A stretch of 21,952 nt of DNA, from assembly GCA_964013405.1 (NCBI GenBank), contig CAXGWI010000049.1, positions 1-21,952 on the forward strand, given 5' to 3'. The notes under the pieces were generated by a model. That model worked only from the letters and a program-made list of their open reading frames with translations, was not told the DNA's origin and made no database searches. Positions 1 to 9,254 of the stretch are shown here, one piece after another. The stretch comes from an uncultured Myxococcales bacterium. GTDB lineage: Bacteria; Myxococcota; UBA4151. Every line of letters begins with the position of its first letter. The stretch's first letter is position 1. The translations under genes were made by a program, and so were the position numbers.

Positions 1-10
1 GGGCCCGCCG

Positions 11-1477
11 TTAGAGGGGGAATGAGCCCGCAAGCATTTGGGCCAACGGGGCGAGGGACCAGCTCTCCGGCCACCAACCAAAGGCTTGGCTCACGATGAC
101 TGCCGTCCATGCGCCATACAGGAGAAGCAGTAAGATCGCCTGGGTGGTCCCCACGTAATGCACGGCCCGACCCCGGAGATCCCGGCCGGTCTTGGTGATG
201 AAGAAGATGCCGAGCAGGACCACGGTAGAGATCAACAACATCGCCCGTAGTGACTGGATCTCTTCTTGCCCTTGGTCCGTTGGCGACAGATTCAAATCAC
301 CGTTGAACCATCCGTACAGAAGCAGGGGGAGTCCGAGGGCAACACAGATATCGAAGATGTTGCTGCCAACCGCGTTGGCCACCGCATCGTCGTAGTCCCC
401 CTTCAAGGCGTCCTTATAACTGATGTAGGTGTCGGGGACGCTGCTCGCTGCGGCCCCCAAGATCACCGCGGTGAAATAGGGCGCCACATTCAGGGCCTCA
501 GCAGAAAGCATCACCGCTTCCGCAAGGATATAGCAAGACACAGCGATGACCGCCGTCGATGCGGAGAGGACCACCCAAGCACTGGACTTCGTAAAGGGGT
601 TCCTGTCGAAGATCAGCGCGTTCATATCGAAGGAGACAAAGGCGTTGAAGCGGGAGGCCCCCTGCGCCTGCTTAAGCGGCTTCAAGGTCTTTGCAGCCCA
701 GACACCGAGGGCATACATCAACCCCGTAAAGACATAGCCCTCAATGATGTAGACCATATAGGTTAAGTGGTTTTCCTTGATGAAATCGGGCAGGCTCGGA
801 TGGAAGTAAACACAGCCAACGATGTATAAAGGCACCCCAAGGGCTGCGCTCCAAGCACCATAGATCGACACCGTTCGCCGGGCTTGCTGCCGCGCCGCCT
901 GTTGCTCCTCCGATTCTTTCTCTTCCTCTTCCTCTTCCTCTTCCTCTTCCTCTTCCTCCGAGCTTTCCGCACCGACCCCACGGATGAGAATGGCAGCATA
1001 GGCGCCATAGACCAACATCAGGACCAGACCCATCCACCAATACATTGTGGAGCCACCGAGGAAGTAGATCAGCAAGATCTCCGCGCCCAAGAAGAACAGG
1101 CCATCCCGAATCAGCGTGCTGCGCAACAGGCTGATGCGATCGACCGTTTTGCCCTTCACCCCTTTGATGGTGACCGCCAAAATACACAGGGCCGGAATGA
1201 TCGCACCGTTGAACAGTGCGCTCCCAGCACAGGTGGCGATGCCCGCCGAAAACCCATCCTTGTCGTGGAAGAAGAACAGCAGAAAGAGGGTGGTAAACAG
1301 CTCCGGCATGGAACTGGCGATGGCCTCGAGGCTGGCCCCGCGGACGCCAGGCGCCATCTTATAGACTTTGGTCCCCAGATAGTCCGAGGCCCCCTCGAAG
1401 GAGTCACAGGCGTACTTGATGACGTACATGGAGACCCCGACCATGGCTAAGGCAGCCAAGAGTAGCGTGATATCCAT
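11..1477 (-). CDS. Ca2+/cation antiporter (CaCA / Na_Ca_ex family), NCKX-like signature
   Basis: 488 aa polytopic membrane protein. Two alpha-repeats: GASLEAIASSMPELFT...GSALFN and LGAAASSVPDTYIS...AVANAVGSNIFDI. GGAG lies just upstream of the ATG. Confidence 0.92.
   Translation of the reverse strand: MDITLLLAALAMVGVSMYVIKYACDSFEGASDYLGTKVYKMAPGVRGASLEAIASSMPELFTTLFLLFFFHDKDGFSAGIATCAGSALFNGAIIPALCILAVTIKGVKGKTVDRISLLRSTLIRDGLFFLGAEILLIYFLGGSTMYWWMGLVLMLVYGAYAAILIRGVGAESSEEEEEEEEEEEEEKESEEQQAARQQARRTVSIYGAWSAALGVPLYIVGCVYFHPSLPDFIKENHLTYMVYIIEGYVFTGLMYALGVWAAKTLKPLKQAQGASRFNAFVSFDMNALIFDRNPFTKSSAWVVLSASTAVIAVSCYILAEAVMLSAEALNVAPYFTAVILGAAASSVPDTYISYKDALKGDYDDAVANAVGSNIFDICVALGLPLLLYGWFNGDLNLSPTDQGQEEIQSLRAMLLISTVVLLGIFFITKTGRDLRGRAVHYVGTTQAILLLLLYGAWTAVIVSQAFGWWPESWSLAPLAQMLAGSFPL
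921..956. repeat. Perfect (TCTTCC)x6 tandem repeat within a 13-codon poly-Glu tract (920-958) of the antiporter
   Basis: Read directly; on the minus strand it is alternating GAG/GAA codons. Confidence 0.95.
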
Positions 1478-1632
1478 GGGTGACTCCGAGTTCCAGCGGA
1501 CTGGCCGGCGCCGCTATGACACGAAAGACCCCCCCGTTAAAGGGCTAGGTCACCGAGGCTCTAAAACCGTCTTCCCTTCGCCATCTTCCCCCGCAGGTTG
1601 GCATTGTTTAGGATGGCCCCGCCGGGATCGGG

Positions 1633-2901
1633 ATGGAGGGAGCCATGGAGCCGCCGGAGACCGACAAGATGCCCCCGCCGAATGCCTTTGAGCGGGCGTT
1701 GAGCGTCTGGCTCCTCGAAGCCGACCGGCTCGAAGAGCCGCCGGAGCAATTGCTCCACGGATTGGTGGAGCAGTTCGCCCGGCAAGGGATCCATCTCCTC
1801 ACCAGTTCGGCCCTGGTGCGGACCCTTCATCCTCAATTCGAAATGTTGGCCCAGCGTTGGCGTCCTTTTGTGGTCGACGAGATTAAAACCGAAGGCAGCG
1901 ATCGACTGCAGGGGCATCGCAAGGTGCCTGGACCTCGGGGAATCGTGGATATGTACATGTTTGCCCACGGTCATAGTCAGGAGACCCTCTATCAAGAGAG
2001 CCCGTTTCACGCGGTTCATCAGTCCGGTCTACCCATGCGATGGCGCCCCGAGACCGGGGGGGATGTCGCTGGTTTCCAGGTGATCGATGAACTCCGAGCG
2101 CGTGGCGCAACCGATTATGTGGTGCTGCCAGTTGCCATGCAGGCTCCATTCGCCGCCGGCGTCAGCTTTGCGACCGCCCATGCCGGTGGCTTTCCGCCAG
2201 GGTTTCAGGAGGATCTGGAGCGACTCATGCCCCTGTTCGGCTTGGTGATGGGCTTTGCCCTGGAGCGCATCAGCTTGCGGGAGATCATGGCTGCCTATCT
2301 TGGGCCCAGTGCCGCCAAGCGAGTCCTCCGCGGGCAGATCGTCTTGGGTCAGGTGAAGTCCTTGAAGGCAGTGATCGGTTTTGCCGACCTCTATGGCCTG
2401 CGCCGCCACGTGGATGATGTGCCTGAGGAAGATCAGATCAAAGCCCTTTCGCGTTTCTTTGCGGTCGCCCAATCCGCAGTGCGGCAAGCAGGAGGTGAAA
2501 TCCTCAAAATGATGGGCGACAGCTTGCTGTTTGTAGTGCCCCTGGAAGAGGGCGTGCCCGAGCGAATTCGGGGCCGTGCTCTGGACGTTGCACAGCAAGT
2601 GATCCGGCGGTCTCGAAACAATGAGTTGTTCGAAAAGTACGGACTGACGGTTTCTTTGGGACTTCACGAAGGCGAGGTCTTGCTGGGGAACGTCGGTGCA
2701 CCGTCGCGGCTCGACTTTACGGTGTTGGGCGAAGCGGTCAATCTGGCCGCTCGGCTGCAAAAATGGGGGGGGATGCATGGCGAGCCTATTGTGCTTTCCG
2801 CAGAACTTGCCGGGCGTCTAGATCGCGATTTTCGCGCCCTCGGCCCCGTGACACTCAAGGGCATTCTCGAGCCCCAGGAGGCCATGGCGCCCCGTGAATA
2901 A
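1633..2901 (+). CDS. Class III adenylate/guanylate cyclase with N-terminal GAF-like region (paralog 1)
   Basis: Motifs GFADL, GGEILKMMGD, GLHEGEVLLGNVG, RLDFTVLGEAVNLAARL. Lys and the RLD Asp point to ATP specificity. Start may instead be ATG 1645, after GGAGGGAG. Confidence 0.92.
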   Translation: MEGAMEPPETDKMPPPNAFERALSVWLLEADRLEEPPEQLLHGLVEQFARQGIHLLTSSALVRTLHPQFEMLAQRWRPFVVDEIKTEGSDRLQGHRKVPGPRGIVDMYMFAHGHSQETLYQESPFHAVHQSGLPMRWRPETGGDVAGFQVIDELRARGATDYVVLPVAMQAPFAAGVSFATAHAGGFPPGFQEDLERLMPLFGLVMGFALERISLREIMAAYLGPSAAKRVLRGQIVLGQVKSLKAVIGFADLYGLRRHVDDVPEEDQIKALSRFFAVAQSAVRQAGGEILKMMGDSLLFVVPLEEGVPERIRGRALDVAQQVIRRSRNNELFEKYGLTVSLGLHEGEVLLGNVGAPSRLDFTVLGEAVNLAARLQKWGGMHGEPIVLSAELAGRLDRDFRALGPVTLKGILEPQEAMAPRE

Positions 2902-4150
2902 TCCGGTTGATGAGCTGAGCCCAGAAGGACGCCTTCGGTTGGCGGAAACCACACAGTGGTTGTTGGATCCTGCTCGTCTTGAGGAAGCGCCCGAGCGCTA
3001 TCTTTTAAATCTGATGGCCCATCTCAACAGCCTCGGGTTGGAACTCGCGGGGGGCAGCATTATTCTTGAGACGATGCACCCACAGCTCGAGATGATGATT
3101 CAGCGCTGGCGCCCTCGGGGCGTGGATGAAGTCGATGTGGGCGACCTACGCACGCTGATGGGACTCGATCGGGTCGCAGACGATCAGGGGGTCGTTGAGC
3201 TCTATTTCCTGCGTCACGGTCATACGGACGAAGCCATGTACCGGAAGAGTCCATTTTACTACGCCTCGCAGACGGGTCGGGCCAGTTGTTGGAAGCTCGC
3301 TGAGCATCAAGAATCGCCACGCTTTCCGATCTTTACCGACCTCATCGCACGGGGGGAGACCGAGTACCTCGTAACGCCTCTACCCCTGCCAAAGCCCTAT
3401 CGAGCAGGTTTCAGCCTCTCGACCCGTCATCCCGACGGCTTCCCGGCGGATATGCTTGTGTTTATTGAGCACCTTCTTGGGGCTTTGCGTTTGTCACTGG
3501 CCCACAAGGTGGAACGAATTACCCTGGCTGAGGTGCTTGGCGCTTATCTGGGTCGAAGCCCAGCTCAAGAGGTGGTGACAGGCAACGTGCATTTGGGGGG
3601 GCTACGCTCCCTCGAAGCCATTGTCGGCTTTGCCGATCTCCGAGGTTTTACCGTGTTGTCTCAATGCCTCTCAGGCGAGGCTTTGGTCGCGACCATGAAC
3701 CAGTTCTTCGCGGCCCTCGAAAAGGTGGTTCGTCGGGCCGGTGGTGAAGTCCTGAAGTTTATGGGGGATGGTGCCGTCTTCGTCTTCCCTTGTGAAAATC
3801 AGGAGGAGGGGCAGGTGGCCGAACGAGCTGTTCAGGCCATCGTGGGCCTCGGAAACCAGCTCGAGGAGCAGCAAGACGCTGAAGGCGTCACGCGGCTACG
3901 CTTTGCGGCCGCGCTGCACAGGGGCAAGGTTCGCTACGGGAATGTGGGCGCACCCGACCGTCTCGACTTCACCATCATTGGCGCCGATGTGAACAAGACC
4001 GCTCGGCTCGAAGAGGTGGCTGCCCAGCATGATCTGGAGCTTGTGATCTCAGCCGAGTTGGCGAGTCTTCTGCAGCGACCCACAACCCCCCTAGGTCACT
4101 ATCAACTCAAGGGCTTTCGAGGTGAACAGGAAGTCTTCGTGCTTTCGTAA
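2894..4150 (+). CDS. Class III adenylate/guanylate cyclase with N-terminal GAF-like region (paralog 2)
   Basis: Motifs GFADLRGFT, GGEVLKFMGDG, ALHRGKVRYGNVG, RLDFTIIGADVNKTARLE. GTG start overlaps the upstream gene by 8 nt; colinear similarity to paralog 1. Confidence 0.93.
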   Translation: MNNPVDELSPEGRLRLAETTQWLLDPARLEEAPERYLLNLMAHLNSLGLELAGGSIILETMHPQLEMMIQRWRPRGVDEVDVGDLRTLMGLDRVADDQGVVELYFLRHGHTDEAMYRKSPFYYASQTGRASCWKLAEHQESPRFPIFTDLIARGETEYLVTPLPLPKPYRAGFSLSTRHPDGFPADMLVFIEHLLGALRLSLAHKVERITLAEVLGAYLGRSPAQEVVTGNVHLGGLRSLEAIVGFADLRGFTVLSQCLSGEALVATMNQFFAALEKVVRRAGGEVLKFMGDGAVFVFPCENQEEGQVAERAVQAIVGLGNQLEEQQDAEGVTRLRFAAALHRGKVRYGNVGAPDRLDFTIIGADVNKTARLEEVAAQHDLELVISAELASLLQRPTTPLGHYQLKGFRGEQEVFVLS

Positions 4151-4159
4151 AGCCGGCCT

Positions 4160-7150
4160 TTAGGGCTTGGGCTTCTCCGGTACTTGCTCGACCATTAGGT
4201 GCTTTTTGAAGAAGCGCAGCGTCGCCGCAATGTTGATCGCCCGGTTCTTGCGCTTGCGAACACCATGCCCCTCATCGGGATAGAGGATCACCTCCACCGG
4301 AACCCCCTTCGCTTCGAGGCGCTGGGCGATCTGCACCGTCTCGCCGGCGGGCACTCGAGGATCATTGGCGCCGTGAAGTAGCAACAGGGGGTCTTTAAGT
4401 TTGTCCACGTGGGTGATGGGAGACAAGGCCACCAGCGCCTCCATATCCTTGTCTAAGTAACCGTATTCGGATTCCCGCAGTTTGCGGCGATAGGGCGCAG
4501 TGTTCTCCAAAAAGGTCACCAGGTTGCTCATGCCCACATTGGCGGCACCGGCATCGTAGCTGCCGGCGAACATGGTCATGCCCACCAAGGTGGAGTAGCC
4601 GCCGTAGCTGCCACCGGCGATGCCGACTTTCGGCGCCTCGCTGTTGTGGGCATAAGCCTTCTTCACGTAGGTCGCTGCATCCCGAATGTCTGTGATCACA
4701 TCCAAGCGCTTGGCGCGATTGTCTGCATGGAGCCAGGCTTTGCCTAAGCCTGAGCTGCCCCGAACATTGGGCTTCGCGACGATAAACCCAGCCTCCAAGA
4801 ACAACTCATCATAGGGACTAAAGCCCGGATACGAAGCGCTCTCGGGGCCCCCATGGAAGCGGACGATCACCGGGCACAACTTCTCAAGACAGGCGGCGGG
4901 GCGTTTCACGAACATCGGGATCTGGGTGCCATCAGCGGCCGGATAGGTCACCAACTCGTCCTTGGTGAAGCGAGCCGTGTTGACTTCAGGCGCCGACGGA
5001 AGAGTCCACTGTTGCAGTTGGCGGGTTTGCCAGTCCCAAACATAGCTGCTGCGGGGGCGGTCATGGTAGGTGACGCCGACGGCCATATAGCGCCCGTTTT
5101 GGCTCAGTTTGCCCAGGAGCGTATGGGTCGCCCCTTCAAAGTTGGGACCCTCGATGGGCTCTCCTTCCATGTTCGAGAAGGCGAAGGAGTAGCGGCCATC
5201 TTTGACCAGGCGAAGATGGATGCGAGTCTTCGATCGGTCCGTGAAAAAAGAGCTGATCTCGATGCCGGTTTTGGGACTCAGCGGCACCAGCTCGCCTGCC
5301 CTCAAGACATAGAGGCGCTTGAAGTCCTCAAGCTTGTTGGTCAGAACCAACACTTCGCCCTTGTCATTAAAGGCGACGCTGTACTGCTCTTCTTCGTTTT
5401 GTCCCAGGATCGGGGTGAGTTTCTTGCTGCTCTCATCGAAGCGATACACTTCTCGTGACGTGTTGCCTTTGGCTTTCACCAGCAGCAGTTGGTCGCCCTG
5501 CTTGTCCGCCAGAAACCAATAGCCGGGCTGCTCAGACACCACCTCGTGGCGGTCTTCTGCCACCAGATAGCGATAGAGGGTGTAATCAGCCCGGTTCTTG
5601 TCGTTGGCCGTGTAGTAGAGGACGTTGGCATCATCAGCCGTCCACTGGAGATTGACCTTCACTTTTTTCGCTTCCTTGATGGGCCGAAGCGCACCGCCCG
5701 ACGCCTGCAAAAGGTAGAGACCGAAATACTCGCTGCCCGCGGAATCTCGGGACACCACCAGGGTTTTGCCGTCGCTGAGCAAACCGCGCAGATAAGTGCT
5801 GTCCTGGCCACCGGTGAGTTGCACCGGAAAGGACTGATCTTTGCTCAGTCGCCACACTTGGTTGGTTCCCGTGACCGACCAATTCATGAACACATTCCAG
5901 CCGCTGTTGCTGATCATGCCGCTGGAGGGTGAGCGAATGTCCAAATAGCTTTGAATTCGAGTCAACTCGGCACTTGGAATACGGGGCGGCGCGTAGGCCT
6001 CGAGGATCTCCGGTGAGACTGACCCTTCGCCATGGCCAGCATAGTCCAAGGAGGTCGGCACAGAGTTCGCCGGCAAGCGATGGGAGGACTCAAACCGCTT
6101 ATGAAAGGTGGCGAAGGACGCGAGGATGACAAAGAAGAAGCAAAGTGTCGCCAGGGTGGAGACCAGTAGAAGCAGTGGGGGGCGGTCACTGAATTGGGGT
6201 GGGGGTCGAGGGGATTCGCTGGGCTCGGCCAGCCTGCGAAGGGCCAGTCGCTGCATACGCGGGGTGAGGACCAACTCGCTGAGGCCGATGGCATAGAAAA
6301 GAGAAAGCAAAGCGAGCGCGAGCGCCGGACCGATCGTGGTGGGGTCGTCCATGTTGGCGAACATGGACACCATCCCAATGAAGAAGCCCGTGCCCCCCGC
6401 AGCGAGAATCAGTTGACGGCTGGTGTTGAAGACCCGGTGATGCACATCAGCCTCAGCCAATGGAGTCGACTGGCTACTTTCGGACCAAGCGGCGATCAGC
6501 CTTGGAAGGGAATGAAAGCTCAGGCTCAACAAGCAAGGGGCGATCAGGACAATCATCACAGCCGTGGTGTCGATAAAGATAGCGATCCATGAGTCGATCG
6601 TCATCGCAGCGATCAGCAGAAGCCCGGCCAGAAACTTGAATCCTTTGCGTGCGATGGGATGGGCGCCCCGAAGGGCAGCGACATCTTCTATGGCTGCATC
6701 GGGCAGGGACGCGTCGGCTCGCCCCCCTATTTTGCGCTGCAAGGGCACCACCAGTAACTCGGCCAGGACCACGGCGTAGAGGCTGGTCAAGAGGGCCACT
6801 GCGAGGGCCGGACCGATGGTGCTTGGATCCGACATGTTCGCGAGCATTTTGACCAGGCCGATGAGGGTTCCTACCACGCCTGCCCCACAGAGGGTGACCC
6901 GTAGGGTTTGGACGACATGCTGATGGGCAGCGGCTTGATTGGCCGGAAGGGGCCCGGAAGCCAGTGACGCTTTCAGTGCTTGGCCTAAGCTGTGCCACCC
7001 GTGGGCGCCGAGGGTAAAAAGAATGCCCCCCATGACGACCAAGATGGCGGAGTACAGATCGAAGAAGAGAAAGAGATGAAGAAGGTTCGGATTGGCCGCC
7101 GCTAGAAGAAAAATAGCGACGGCACCGATGAAGCAAAGCGCGCGGACCAA
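4160..7150 (-). CDS. Fusion: two mini-MotA/PomA-like membrane modules + extra TM helix + S9 (prolyl oligopeptidase family) serine peptidase
   Basis: aa ~1-142 and ~171-303 each carry F[FI]D in TM1-2 and GxxG..IG.V.M.ANM.DP.TIGPALA.ALL.LY in TM3-4. Further TM at aa ~326-348. Then a propeller-like region and a catalytic domain with FHGGPE, PNVRGSSG, GGSYGG (Ser), GANDPRV (Asp), DEGHG (His). TTG start with AGGAG 9 nt upstream. Confidence 0.9.
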   Translation of the reverse strand: MVRALCFIGAVAIFLLAAANPNLLHLFLFFDLYSAILVVMGGILFTLGAHGWHSLGQALKASLASGPLPANQAAAHQHVVQTLRVTLCGAGVVGTLIGLVKMLANMSDPSTIGPALAVALLTSLYAVVLAELLVVPLQRKIGGRADASLPDAAIEDVAALRGAHPIARKGFKFLAGLLLIAAMTIDSWIAIFIDTTAVMIVLIAPCLLSLSFHSLPRLIAAWSESSQSTPLAEADVHHRVFNTSRQLILAAGGTGFFIGMVSMFANMDDPTTIGPALALALLSLFYAIGLSELVLTPRMQRLALRRLAEPSESPRPPPQFSDRPPLLLLVSTLATLCFFFVILASFATFHKRFESSHRLPANSVPTSLDYAGHGEGSVSPEILEAYAPPRIPSAELTRIQSYLDIRSPSSGMISNSGWNVFMNWSVTGTNQVWRLSKDQSFPVQLTGGQDSTYLRGLLSDGKTLVVSRDSAGSEYFGLYLLQASGGALRPIKEAKKVKVNLQWTADDANVLYYTANDKNRADYTLYRYLVAEDRHEVVSEQPGYWFLADKQGDQLLLVKAKGNTSREVYRFDESSKKLTPILGQNEEEQYSVAFNDKGEVLVLTNKLEDFKRLYVLRAGELVPLSPKTGIEISSFFTDRSKTRIHLRLVKDGRYSFAFSNMEGEPIEGPNFEGATHTLLGKLSQNGRYMAVGVTYHDRPRSSYVWDWQTRQLQQWTLPSAPEVNTARFTKDELVTYPAADGTQIPMFVKRPAACLEKLCPVIVRFHGGPESASYPGFSPYDELFLEAGFIVAKPNVRGSSGLGKAWLHADNRAKRLDVITDIRDAATYVKKAYAHNSEAPKVGIAGGSYGGYSTLVGMTMFAGSYDAGAANVGMSNLVTFLENTAPYRRKLRESEYGYLDKDMEALVALSPITHVDKLKDPLLLLHGANDPRVPAGETVQIAQRLEAKGVPVEVILYPDEGHGVRKRKNRAINIAATLRFFKKHLMVEQVPEKPKP

Positions 7151-7176
7151 AGCGTTAAACTCCTAGCTTGGTGGGA

Positions 7177-7728
7177 TTAATCGATAGCGCTGAGTACGAC
7201 GAAGAGCATCGCAAGAGGGCCGATGATCACACCGCCCATGCTCAAGGGGGCCGAGGCACTTGGTGGCTGGAGCAGGTGATCGATCATGTGGCGGGGCGTG
7301 GTGTCATCGGCGCCGAGCATGGCGCCGACTCGGTGCATCAGCGGACCACAGATAAGAAGTCCAAAGAGCACGCCGTAGAGGAGACTCAGGATGGACACCG
7401 CCATGGCCGGGCCGATCCGTGCGGGGTCTTCCAGATTCCTGAGGATGCCCACAGCCCCAATAAAGAACCCCAGGGCGGCCATGGCCATGAAGAGATTGCG
7501 ACCGTTCCTGAGGGTTTCGTAGGCCTGCCACTTGTCCTGAGCGCTTTTGCCTTCGCCACTCCAGCTGACTCGAAGGGCTTGAAGGACATGACCGCCATGC
7601 TGACTCAACCAAAAGCAAAGTCCGCCTATTGCGACAAGGCCAAGGGAGGTGAGATCGATGAAAGAGACATGACCAGCGGCGAGGATCAGGGTCAGATAGC
7701 CCACAAGGATGAGAAGTGCAGCGAGCAT
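7177..7728 (-). CDS. Single mini-MotA-like module ('B type') with an extra C-terminal TM helix
   Basis: 183 aa; FIDLTS, then GFFIGAVGILRNLEDPARIGPAMAVSILSLLYG. SD GAGGAGG (7738-7744) lies in the end of the upstream gene. Confidence 0.85.
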   Translation of the reverse strand: MLAALLILVGYLTLILAAGHVSFIDLTSLGLVAIGGLCFWLSQHGGHVLQALRVSWSGEGKSAQDKWQAYETLRNGRNLFMAMAALGFFIGAVGILRNLEDPARIGPAMAVSILSLLYGVLFGLLICGPLMHRVGAMLGADDTTPRHMIDHLLQPPSASAPLSMGGVIIGPLAMLFVVLSAID

Positions 7729-7732
7729 CAGC

Positions 7733-8254
7733 CTAGCCCTCCTCTTTGTGGGTCACCGCCTTGCGGATCGAGCCAGACGGTGCGGGTTCCAAGGGGGACA
7801 CATTGCTTGGCGCCGCTTCACTGGGCTCTAGAATTTGAATCCGGCCGATGAGCGGTGCCACAATGAGCTCCGAGGCGATGACGGCGTAAAGACCCGTCAG
7901 CAGCGCCACCGCAAGCGCCGGCCCCACTGTGGTGGGGTCGCTTAGATTTTGCAGCATGTGGACGAGACCGATGAGAAAGCCGAGGCCTCCACAGGCACAG
8001 AGCAGTGAGCGCAGACTCTGCAAGACCTGACGGTGCTTCGCGCCCAGCCCGGACGCCACGGCTTCCTCTCCCTCCGCGGCGCTGATGGCAGCACCGAGGG
8101 CGCCAGGGCCGTGATATCCAGCGGCCAACAACACGCTAGGCACGATGACCACAACCGTCGAAGCGGCATCGATGAAGACGAGGCCTCCACCCATCGCCAT
8201 GACAAGACCTATGGTTCCTAAGCCCAGTAGTAAGAACAGAACACGAATCATCAT
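7733..8254 (-). CDS. Single mini-MotA-like module ('A type')
   Basis: FIDAAS, then GFLIGLVHMLQNLSDPTTVGPALAVALLTGLYAVIASELIVAP. Start moved from 8326 to ATG 8254/8251: GGAGG at 8257-8261 and an MIR.LF N-terminus shared with the 10286 paralog. Confidence 0.87.
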   Translation of the reverse strand: MMIRVLFLLLGLGTIGLVMAMGGGLVFIDAASTVVVIVPSVLLAAGYHGPGALGAAISAAEGEEAVASGLGAKHRQVLQSLRSLLCACGGLGFLIGLVHMLQNLSDPTTVGPALAVALLTGLYAVIASELIVAPLIGRIQILEPSEAAPSNVSPLEPAPSGSIRKAVTHKEEG

Positions 8255-8284
8255 GACCTCCGAACTGAACGAGCACGAGCCATC

Positions 8285-8293
8285 AGCATAACA
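8285..8293 (-). promoter_or_regulatory. Candidate extended -10 promoter element (TGtTATGCT) for the 8254-4160 genes
   Basis: TGn+TATGCT about 30 nt upstream of the start codon; no convincing -35. Confidence 0.35.
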
Positions 8294-8403
8294 TCGCCGG
8301 ACCCGAACACCTAGAAGGTCCCGCAATCGTTAGACTGGATACGATTTGGCGCTCGGGTCAAGCCCGTGAAAGGCCAGCGGCGCTTCCTTGCCGCAAACGG
8401 TGG

Positions 8404-9135
8404 CTAAGGCAGTGGTAACGTGCCGTCTCTAATGCCTCTGCAGGTTTTTGCATTGCGGCCCAGCGTTTCGGGTCTCTTACCTCGTGTTCGCACCCACCGG
8501 TCACCGATCTTTTGCAGGGTAAACAAGCCGCCGATGCAGCGGGTCTTTGGTGATTGACCCGCATGAATGGGCACGGCTCGGAGGCAGCCTTCAACATCCT
8601 TGTCGTAGTCGTGCGCTTCACCGGCTTTCCAGCAAAGAAACTGCTCCGTATACCACAGATAGACATTCACCGTCGTCTCTGGAAAAGCGGTCCCGTTGGC
8701 CGTCCGCTCGGGGACGATTTGGTGCTGCATGACCCGCCACCCCGCCTTGCCATCGCCACCGCCCCACCAGTCCCCGGACTTCCGCAGGGTCTTGATGATT
8801 TGAAAGACCTCTTCTTTCGTTTGGGGGTCATCGCAGTTGAAGAACTTGCAGGCCTTTTCGATCGGAATGGTTGAGTAGCGCCCTTTGACGGCAATCTCTT
8901 GAAAGTAGCTATTAAGGGTTTCCATAGCCGCTTTGCGCGCGGCTTCTTGGCGCTTGATCGGTTCTTCGATGGCTTTCAGCCGAGCCTTGGTTTCGGCCAA
9001 TTCTGTCTTGGTGCTCTCCAACTCCGCCTCCATCGCCTTTCGCTGCGCACCGAAAAGATCTGCGTGGGCGCAGCCGGACAAGCCGAGCGCAAGGCCGAGT
9101 GCGATGAAGCAGGACGTTAGACGACTCACTGGCAA
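8404..9135 (-). CDS. Hypothetical lipoprotein with N-terminal coiled coil and Cys-rich C-terminal domain
   Basis: Signal peptide with lipobox LSG-C; heptad-like stretch AMEAELESTKTELAETKARLKAIE; six Cys in the C-terminal domain. Start TTG 9135 or GTG 9129. Confidence 0.75.
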   Translation of the reverse strand: MPVSRLTSCFIALGLALGLSGCAHADLFGAQRKAMEAELESTKTELAETKARLKAIEEPIKRQEAARKAAMETLNSYFQEIAVKGRYSTIPIEKACKFFNCDDPQTKEEVFQIIKTLRKSGDWWGGGDGKAGWRVMQHQIVPERTANGTAFPETTVNVYLWYTEQFLCWKAGEAHDYDKDVEGCLRAVPIHAGQSPKTRCIGGLFTLQKIGDRWVRTRGKRPETLGRNAKTCRGIRDGTLPLP

Positions 9136-9254
9136 CCCCCTGTGTTTACCGGCCGACCCTAATTGAAATGTCCCGGCTTGCGAAGTCGCTTCATGACCAC
9201 ACCCATCGTGGCAGCTTCAAAGGGAAAGGGCGGATGGTGCCGTGGTGCTGGCCC

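Noticed and set aside
763..1450. ORFs with RKRKRK, GRGRGR or FLFLFL runs
   Set aside because: Alternative-frame readings of the poly-Glu hexamer repeat.
7729..7735. Frameshifted pseudogene or stop readthrough joining the two single-module genes
   Set aside because: The downstream gene has its own strong SD and ATG in a different frame, and both ORFs are complete modules.
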